DNA of 64,000 nt, taken from Octopus sinensis (Eukaryota). A model generated the notes under the pieces. The model was not told where the DNA came from and ran no database searches. It saw only the letters and a program-made list of their open reading frames with translations. Below, piece after piece: positions 54,550-64,000 of this stretch; position 1 is the stretch's first letter; the number at the start of each line of letters is the position of its first letter. The stretch spans positions 72,788,001 to 72,852,000 of the forward strand of contig NC_042998.1 of the NCBI RefSeq assembly GCF_006345805.1, in the 5' to 3' direction. A program made the position numbers and the translations under genes.

Positions 54550-56203
54550 ATCATGATAAGGGTAGTTCCTTTGAGAGGATTTAGCCGTCCATTTCCGGTG
54601 GTAGGCCTGGGTGTGTCTATACCATCAGACACACTTTTCTGGAGTGATAGCGCCGATGTTATGCCTTGCGATGTGCTGAATGATATGTGCTCGCCATTAT
54701 TCCATGGTCATGCCGGCTTCTTCTGCAACTCTCGGTCGCACGAAATTGTGGCTGCGCGTTGTCGTAGATCATGTAAACGGATTCATCCGTGGAGAACATT
54801 TCGGTACAAACCCTCGAAATAGTTTCGTGTAACGGTATCGTTCGTAATCAAGTGGTGAACCAGGCCGACTTTTCTCGACACCACGAAAATGATGTTGCAG
54901 CTTTTCCCACACTGACAGTTGACAACTAGGCGAACATGAAAACGTCAGGGGCGGGGGTTCGACCAAAAGACCACCTACTCTAGATGTTGTACCTACAGTA
55001 ATCAATGAATACGCACTGGCCGACGAGATCCATTCCATGAATCAATGCGCGTACTCATAAGGCTTTTCCACAGTTCTTGGGGCAATTCTTGCATCTCGGA
55101 CGACTTCGACCAACTTCATAGTTATCAACGTCTTATCTAGAGCCCGTGCGATTGGGGACAAGGATGCAAGTGAATTTCCGGGAAATGCAACCTCTAAGTC
55201 CCTATTTATCTGTTGAAAGGTTGTGAGAGAGTTCGCATCAATAATTACCTGAAGACTGTTACGCATTTCCTCATCAATCTTAACGTGGTGGGGACCTCCT
55301 CTGGGCAACGTGTGGCGCGTCGCAGACAGTATGTAGGTCGCCATTATGGATCGGGCAATAAAAGGAGTATTGCCCGATCCGTACTAATGACGTACCTACG
55401 GTCTGCGAGGTGCCACAACTGTGTGTGCCAGTTGCAGGTAATCGATTTGGTGCCCTTCGAAGGCGTCAACCAGCCCTACCCTATATTCTTCCGATATACG
55501 CATATACCTAACGCGTGGCTCCATGATTACAAGCTGGTGTAAGATAAAAGCATATAAATGCAACTGTTACGACCGGTTACGAATGTTGCAATGAAAAAGT
55601 CTTTCGTGGACAGAAGAATCACATAATTTGTTTCTTCCTTGTAGCTATAACAAGGTAATAAAAGTTGCATGACAAAATATGTCACTTAAATTTGTCGTTT
55701 TTAGCAGTCACTTTTTAGAAAGTGAATAAAAATACACATGCAAAATTAGTGCAAAATTGAATAAAGTTTTCCAAACTCGAATGTTCGCAAAGACGCTTCA
55801 TCGCATTCCAAATAACTTGAATGCTCTCGATGGGTATTTTTGTTTGAATGATACAAGTGCTAAATTCTTTGACCGAAATGCGAAATTCAATGATCAAGCA
55901 ATGCACTTGAATGTGTAACTTTGTGACGCTAGCATTTTTCGCGACTTTGAATGACTCGATTATCAAATTGATTGCAAATCTTCGAAAATGACAGCAAATC
56001 CACTAATAAAATTTCGTGCAGTAATATCATTGGCGATAAGTGAACCTTTCATAAGAAAATATTTTGCAGATGTGACTGGAAGCCTCGAAAGACGCATAAA
56101 TTATAGCCATGCATAAATACTGCACATGTTGAAAGAAGCGTTGAATTTTTCTGAAATTAACTAACATGTAGCGATTCATGAAATATACTTAGAATATAGA
56201 CTG
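54550..56203 (-). mobile_element. Decayed IS630/Tc1-like DNA transposon, 5' terminus and transposase (left copy)
   Basis: TA|CAGTCTAT terminus at 56203; HTH-type region LPRGGPHHVKIDEEMRNSLQVIIDANSLTT.QQIN; no 3' TIR. Confidence 0.75.
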
Positions 56204-58728
56204 TATTTATTATAAATAGATCCAATATAAAAACATACGTTAAACATATAAGTCGCAAAACATTATGCACATGAAAATTATTAGCGACAGGGAATCATAA
56301 AACCTAACTAAATATCTATTAAAAGCAAATTTTCTAATAACCCTCTCTGTTTCTATTTGTCTATCTCTCTCTGTCTCTCCCTCTCTGTCTCTCTGTGTGT
56401 CTCTGTTTCTTCGTGTCTACCTCACGTTCTATCCTTTTCTGCATGAATCTAACATCGTTAATAAAGAACACTGCTCTAGGATACAAATACTATGTTTGGA
56501 CAGTCTTTTGTTTGAAGAGAATCTCGAGTTTTACGCTTCAAATGAATCACCGTTAGAAACAGTGTTACAGACAGGACAGTTATTTACTAGACTACGATAT
56601 CATATTCGGAGTGAAAACATATGAAGCAAGGCAACATGGCTAAGAAAAAAATATTTAAAATGCTAACGTGTTAAAGAAAGTAAGATACGGTGACTGGGCG
56701 AAGTATACATTTATAAATACACAGGAAATGGCAATTTATTTAGGATGCAATAAACAGAACTAAAAATGCATAAGGTTAGTATACTATATTGAAGCATTAG
56801 GTTAATATTTAAAAGAATTAAATGCAAGCAAAAAAAGCAACGTAAACCAAGTTATTTATCTTTATTACCGGAGGCCAAAATGGAGAGACGTGATGCAATT
56901 CGAGAAATCATGTCTTTTTGCTAGATGCGTCATTCCTGAAGAAAGCCGACATCAGCTTCGCTTGTGAAAGGAAGCAGTATTTGTTGTGTCACACACGAGT
57001 GCTACTAATAAAATGTAGCCCAGCAAATCTTATTCTATAGTCGAGACTTGGGCAACGAAGTCACCTCCTACATCTAACTTGGATGTTGATAAAGGTTTCG
57101 ATAACCAAAATGAAACAAAATATCAACAGAAGGACGGTTGAACCCAACTGAGGCCCGGAGATTATCTGGCAATCACTTAGGAACATAGAATGACAGTGAA
57201 CGAAAGCGTCACAAGCCTGCTTTTAGGCGAAATAGGAAGGCAGAGACACGAAAACAAATGCTCAAGGCCTTTCATTAAGTATGAACATGATAACGAAAGT
57301 AGTTTCTTTTGATTATCTTACCCCACCTGGCACGGCAGCATAGACACTTCATTGCGTAGGCTTTATTGTGCTTTAATTTGAAAGAAGTGCTACCGAAAAC
57401 ATGGCCACAAATCGATCCAAAGTGGAACGACTTGTTTCAGTCATTTGATGGTGGTTATGCTGGAGCACCAGACTTCGATAATATAAACGATTGGAGAAAT
57501 CTAGCTCGGTCGTTAAAATGTGATATTTTTCTAATGTATAACTTCTTTTCACTACAGCATGTACTTATATATATATATAAGTTTTTGAGTAAATATATAT
57601 AAGTTTTTGAGTAAATTTCTTTTTACGTATAAAATAAGTTTCATACGAGAAACTTGAAGAAAGAAGTGATTTCTTTTCCCTGGGTTTTTCTTTTTTATGC
57701 ATTTTATTGTGTGTAAAACTCGACGATTGAAAACGTACATTAATATTTTTAAATAAATCTATTTTATGGAAACATATTTTGTGTGAAAACATATTTTGTA
57801 TTTTTTACTTTCATATATATATACACATAGGAAAATATCAACGTCCTATTTCAAAATTGAAAAACGAATTGTGTGATTCAAGCAAATATATATACATATA
57901 TGTATATATTTAAGTGTGTGTGTATTTGTGTGTGTGTATGTGTGTGTGTGTGGTGTGTGTGTGTGTTTGTGTGTATATATATATATGACTTAGTGAAGTT
58001 TTTGTCAGCATAAATCTACAAATGGGAACTATTCTCAATACATGAATTTAGTGTGTCTACAAATTACAAGAGACTGAAGTTTCTAGAATCGTAAATCTAT
58101 GCTTCTCCGTCGTGTGACGATTGTTGAAGCTTCAAGTTGTATTCGAATCTATAGACATATATCTTCCTGTTAGTATAATGCTAATGATATTGATGTCTTG
58201 CGTTTAAATTTATGTGGATGTGTCTGCTTATAAATAGAATGTCATCATTTTCGCTCAAATGAATATCGAGGATTCTCAAACATTTATAGATAATATCTGG
58301 CGTGAGTGTTTAATATTTCTAATAAAATGAAATCTACATTCATATAAATGGAATTGTGGAAAGAATTAAAACTTACTTTTATAGAATTATGTTTTATTGA
58401 TGTAGTAATATCGGTTGAGAAAACAAATCAATATTTGAAGTGAAACAGAGAAGAAATAATATTTGTAAGTCAAAATACTCTAATAAAAGTTTGAGTAATG
58501 CGAAGGAGAGAAAACCTAGCGAAAACAATAGCATCGAGATTTTATTTCACTTATTTGTAGAAAAGTTAAGACAGGGGAAATCGTAAGACTTAATTGCTTT
58601 CGGTAATATTCCATCATATTCCAGCAACTGTAATAATACCTTTCACTTGATCAAGTTATAACTTTTGTTGTAACAATTAAGTATTCAAATACGCATATAA
58701 ATGCATAGACACACACATACTGCATGCA

Positions 58729-58779
<51 letters not shown>

Positions 58780-59004
58780 GCATGTATGTATGAACGTATG
58801 TATATATAGTAGAATAAGAAATAGAAAGTCCTTGGTATAATATTATATGGTTGAAAAAAGGAATAGAAATAAATTTTCCGATAATTTTCCACTTTAAAAA
58901 ATTAGATATTTACAAAAGGGTGATTGGGTTGCAAGTTTCGTATGAAAATAATTGCTCATTAGTAATGCTGACTCCATTGAGTGTCCCTCCTCGTCTTTGT
59001 CTTG

Positions 59005-59190
59005 CATTTAAGAAAAAAATATTAAAACTTCTAACGTGTTAAAGAAAGTAAGATAGGGTGACTGAGCGAAGAATAAATTTATAAATACACAGAAATGATA
59101 ATTTATTTAGGGTGCAATAAACAGAACTAAATATACATAAGGTTAGTATACTATTTAGAAGCATTAGTTTAATATTTAAAAGAATATTAA
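59005..59190 (+). repeat. Third partial copy of 56641-56820
   Basis: taagaaaaaaatatt...ctaacgtgttaaagaaagtaagata...gaagcattag.ttaatatttaaaagaat. Confidence 0.85.
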
Positions 59191-59213
59191 ACTATTTAAA
59201 AGAATATATATAT

Positions 59214-59269
<56 letters not shown>

Positions 59270-59739
59270 GCATGCATATACATATGTATATATATTTCTG
59301 TATATATATGTACATATATATATGTGTGTGTATGTATGTATGTATCTATTTATCTATCTATCTCACTATATATATACATGTGCGTGTGTGTGTGTGTGTG
59401 TGTGTGGCAAATGAAAGACGGAAGGTGGAATGTTCGAACATTTATTATTAATCAAGACAATTTTTTCGACCCATCTAGCATCAATTCGACATGCCTGGGG
59501 TGGGGATGAATCAATAACTGGTTCATGCGCATCCGTCGGTACAGATGTATCTCGCCGGATGATAAATAAATGCAACTCATTAAAATAATAGTTCCGGAAT
59601 GTAAGGTCCCGTTTTGTAAAAAGAGAAGCAGCCAGACGGAGGAAATATCTTCATTTATATAGATCAAAAATAAACTTACAGATGTGAATGAGAGAAACGA
59701 CGAATACGCAATCCAGCGAGAAAAGTATTAAAAATAACC

Positions 59740-60250
59740 GTTAACAAATATGGATGTATAAATGTATCTCGAGAGTCGTTCACAAATTCTATTAATGATC
59801 TCGTTAGTCCACAGAATAGACAGGGAAGTTACAGCATCTCCTGGAGATTATATTGTATGGTTTCGCAGACGTTACTATGGACCAAGTTATGCTGTATTTC
59901 ATCCTCCTTCAGTCGCGATACAAAATCTTCCTAAGATGTTGAATGTATGTTATTGATTGTCTTAAAGCTGGCAACATGGTTGCGATAACGATTCTTAAAT
60001 GAATCAGCCATCTACCCAAGGTAAACATACAGTGCTCTAATTGTGTGCACAGTACATTAATATAAAAGATTTGTATTTATAAAGAGATTCATCAAAGGAC
60101 ATTTTGATTTTTCTCTGCATGAGCATTTATCGTATTTTTGTATATAAGGCAGTCCTGACTCCATATACTGGTGTTGTTCCGTGTTAGCTGTATTACAAGT
60201 ATTTCTAATTGGTAATAATCGGTGTTTATCTTTGCGGTTTATATCTCCTT
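59740..60250 (-). mobile_element. Penelope-like GIY-YIG fragment
   Basis: CSCREKSKCPL, YVYLG...SFKNRYRNHVASF, KYSITWSIVTSAKPYN. Confidence 0.75.
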
Positions 60251-60299
60251 GATTGCTATTTAAATGCAAATACACACACACACACATTTATAAACAAAT

Positions 60300-60690
<391 letters not shown>

Positions 60691-62225
60691 GCACGAAGCA
60701 AAAAAGTGATGTTCTTTCTAAAGCAGACTTGTTAGAAGTTTCTCGTATGAAAATTATTTTATACACAATAAGAAATTTACTCAAAAACTCTTAGTACATG
60801 CTGCAGCGAATGCAAAATCCAGTTTCTGAAGATCATTTATTCTAGGTTTATCGTAATGGTGAACATGTGTGCATCACTTTCTCAGAAAAGAGAGTTACAC
60901 TTTACAGTGAAGTTGCTGCCGAGTGCGTTATTCGATCCCCATTTGAAAATTAAATTACCGATGTAACAAAACTCTTAATTGGAGGTTTGTAGTTAATGCT
61001 TCCAGCTCGTCAAGCCTTTGCGCATGACTTTACTCAACGTTCATAATTGATTATTGTGTGTAATTTTGTGTTATAGTGAGTGATGTTTGTACAAGAATGT
61101 ATTTACTTTTCACTTTTATGACCAACAACCGACCGACCTTCAGGTTTTCCTTTCGCTATCATTCTCCATACGGATTTTATTTCAAACTCTAAGGGGCCCC
61201 CACACCCTAGCGGCCTTGTGACGCTTTCGTTCACTATCAATCTATGTCCCTAAGAGATTCCCAGATAGTCTCCGGGCCTCAGTTGGGTTCAACCGTCCTT
61301 CTGCTGGTATTTTGTTTCATTTTGGTTATCGAAACCTCTATCAATATCTAAGTTAGATGTAGAAGGTGACTTCGTTGCCCACGTCTCGACTATAGAATAA
61401 GTTTTGCTGGGCCTCATTTTATTAGTAGCACTCGTGTGTGACACAACAAATACTGCTTCCTTTCACAAGCGAAGAACTATACAGAAGCTGATGTCGGCTT
61501 TCTTCAGAAATGACGCATCTAGCACAAAGACATGATTTCTCGAATTGTATCACGTCTATCCATTTTGGCCTCCGATAATAAAGATAAGTAACTTGGTTTA
61601 TGTCGCTTGCATTTAATTCTTTTAAATATTAACCTAATGCTTCTATACAGTATACTAACCTTATGTATTTTTAGTTCTGTTTATTGCACCCTAAATAAAT
61701 TGCCATTTCCTGTGTATTTATAAATGTATGCTTCGCCCAGTCACACTATCTTACTTTCTTTAACACGTTACAATTTTTAATTTGTTTTTTCTTAGCCATG
61801 TTGCCTTGCTTCATATGTTTTCACTCCGAATATGATATCGTAGTCTAGTAAATAACTGTCCTGTCTGTAACACTGTTTCTAACGGTGATTCATTTGAAGC
61901 GTAAAACTCGAGATTCTCTTCATACAAAAGACTGTCCAAACATAGTATTTGTATCCTAGAGCAGTGTTCTTTATTAACGATGTTAGATTCATGCAGAAAA
62001 GAATAGAACGTGAGGTAGATACGAAGAAACAGAGACAGACAGAAAGACAGAGAGACAGAGGCAGACAGACAAATAGAGACAGAGAGAGTTATTAGAAAAT
62101 TTGCTTTTAATAGATATTTGGTTAGGATTTATAATACCCTGTCGGTAACTATTTTCATGTGTATATTGTTTTGCTACTTATATGTTTAACGTATGTTCTT
62201 ATATTTGAACTATTTATAATAAATA

Positions 62226-63785
62226 CAGTCTATATTCTACGTATATTTCATGAATCGCTACCTATTAGTTAATTTTTGAAAGATTCAGCGCTTTTTTCAA
62301 CATGTGCAGTATTCGGTTATATCTATTTCATGACTATAACTTATGCGTCTTTCGAGGCTTGCAGTAACAACTGCAAACTATTTTCTTATGAAAGGTTCAT
62401 CTATCGCCAGTGATATTACTGCACGAAATATTAATAGTATTGATTTTTGCTGTCATTTTCGAAGATTTTCATTCCACTTGATAATCGAGTCATTCAAAGT
62501 CGCGGAAAATGCTACCGTCACGAAGTTACTCATTCAAAATGCATTGCTTGATCATTCAATTTCGCATTTCGGTCAAAGAATTTAGCACTTGCATTATTCA
62601 AACAAACATGCCCGGCTTGAGCATTCAAATTAGTTGGAATGCGAGGAAGCGTCGTTTCGAGCATTCATATTCGTACGTGAGCATTCGATTTCGGCAAAAG
62701 TTTATTCAATTTAACACTAATTTTGCATGGGTATTTTTATTCAATTTCTAAGAAGTGACTGCTAAAAATCACAAATTTAAGTGACATATTTTGTCATGCA
62801 ACATTTATTACCTTGTTATAGCTACAAGGAAGGAACATATTATGTGATTCTTCTGTCCACGAAAGTCTTTTTCATTGCAGCATTCGTAACCGGTCGGTAT
62901 CAGTTGCATTTTAAATCCTTTTATCTTACACCACCATGTAATCATGGAGCCACGCCTTACGTATAAGCGTATATCGGAAGAATATAGGGCAAGGCTTGTT
63001 GACGCCTTCGAGGGGCACCAAATCGATTATCTCCAACTGGCAGACACACTTGTGGCGCCTCGCAGACCGTAGTTAGTTCATTGCTATGGAACGGGCAATA
63101 CTCCTTTTATTTCCCCAAGAACTGTGCAAAAGTATTATGAGGACGCGCATTGATTCACGGAAGTGATCTCGTCGGGTAGTGCATATTCATTGATTACTTT
63201 GTGTACAACATTTGGATCAGGTGGTCTTTCGGTCGAGCCACACCCACAAGGCTTTCATGTTCGCCTAGTTGTCAACTTTCAGTGTAGGAAAATCTGCAAT
63301 GTTATGTTCGTGATGTTGAGGGAAATCGGCCTGGTTCACCACTTGATAGCGAACGATACCGTTACACGAAACTCTTTCCAGGGGCATGCGTTGAAATGTT
63401 CTCCACTGATGAATCCGTTTACAAGATCTACGAAAACGCGCGGCCACAATTTCGTGCGTAGCTCCAAGCTGACGCCGATCCACGGATCAGTCTGAACTCC
63501 TACCTCTCTACTCACCGTTTCTTAATTGTACGAAAATGGCAGCTGTCAAGTGGGAACTCGCTAGAGCTGAGTTGCAGCAAAGGGTTGGCGACCGGGAGCT
63601 GCAGAAGAAGCCGGTATGACAATGGTATAATGGCGATCACATATCATACAGCAAATCGCAAGGCATAACATCGATGCTATCACTCCAGAAAATTGTGTCT
63701 CTTGGTATAGATACACCCAGACGATACCTCAACCGCCAGGAAATGGACGGCTAAATCCTCTCATGATAACTATCCTTATTATGGC
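62226..63785 (+). mobile_element. Decayed IS630/Tc1-like DNA transposon (right, inverted copy)
   Basis: TA|CAGTCTAT at 62224-62233; CIFIDY, YENARP (D motif) and a decayed LPPYSPFLN-like block. Carries deletions different from the left copy. Confidence 0.75.
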
Positions 63786-64000
63786 TGTAAACCAATAATT
63801 ATCTTAGTGTTCAGAACACCAAAATCAGAGAAATATATACTTTTCCCAACAAGACATATGCAAAGGAAGAAAACATACCACAACATAATATATTTCAAAC
63901 CACAGCAAAAGAGCATCTGCTGGAATTGTGAGTTACCTTGAAAATATTGAAAAGGCTGGAATGCGATTACATGAAGTCTTTAACTATAAATACATGTACC

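Noticed and set aside
56397-56624. 75-aa ORF in the conserved island as a small protein gene
   Set aside because: All three differences to the second arm are non-synonymous, the start lies in a microsatellite edge, and no domain is recognisable.
61855-61895. TAACACTG seed similar to miR-8/miR-200
   Set aside because: No convincing precursor hairpin and the rest of the mature sequence does not match.

Overview
This is AT-rich, microsatellite-dense eukaryotic intergenic or intronic DNA. The SINE families, the abundant Penelope-like elements (PLEs) and the SSR content suggest an octopus-like cephalopod genome; that is inference, not a database match. I found no intact host protein-coding gene, rRNA, tRNA or CRISPR array. 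Nearly all ORFs in the track are microsatellite translations, antisense frames or fragments of decayed transposons. The main elements are: (1) a full-length but frameshifted Tx1-clade LINE (19118-24983, minus) inside a (GATA)n array, whose ORF2 is bracketed by complementary start and stop regions; (2) a 5'-intact R4/Dong-like RT+RLE retrotransposon beside a (TAA)n array, plus three further fragments; (3) many PLE fragments, four fold-back structures next to (TA)n arrays, and a series of hammerhead ribozyme motifs, one with an intact core (44031-44075); (4) RTE, CR1-like and mariner relics and tRNA-derived SINEs; (5) an inverted duplication spanning about 54.5-63.8 kb that carries the 5' part of an IS630/Tc1 transposon and a near-identical 250-bp island. 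Boundaries of degenerate elements are approximate, read by eye.
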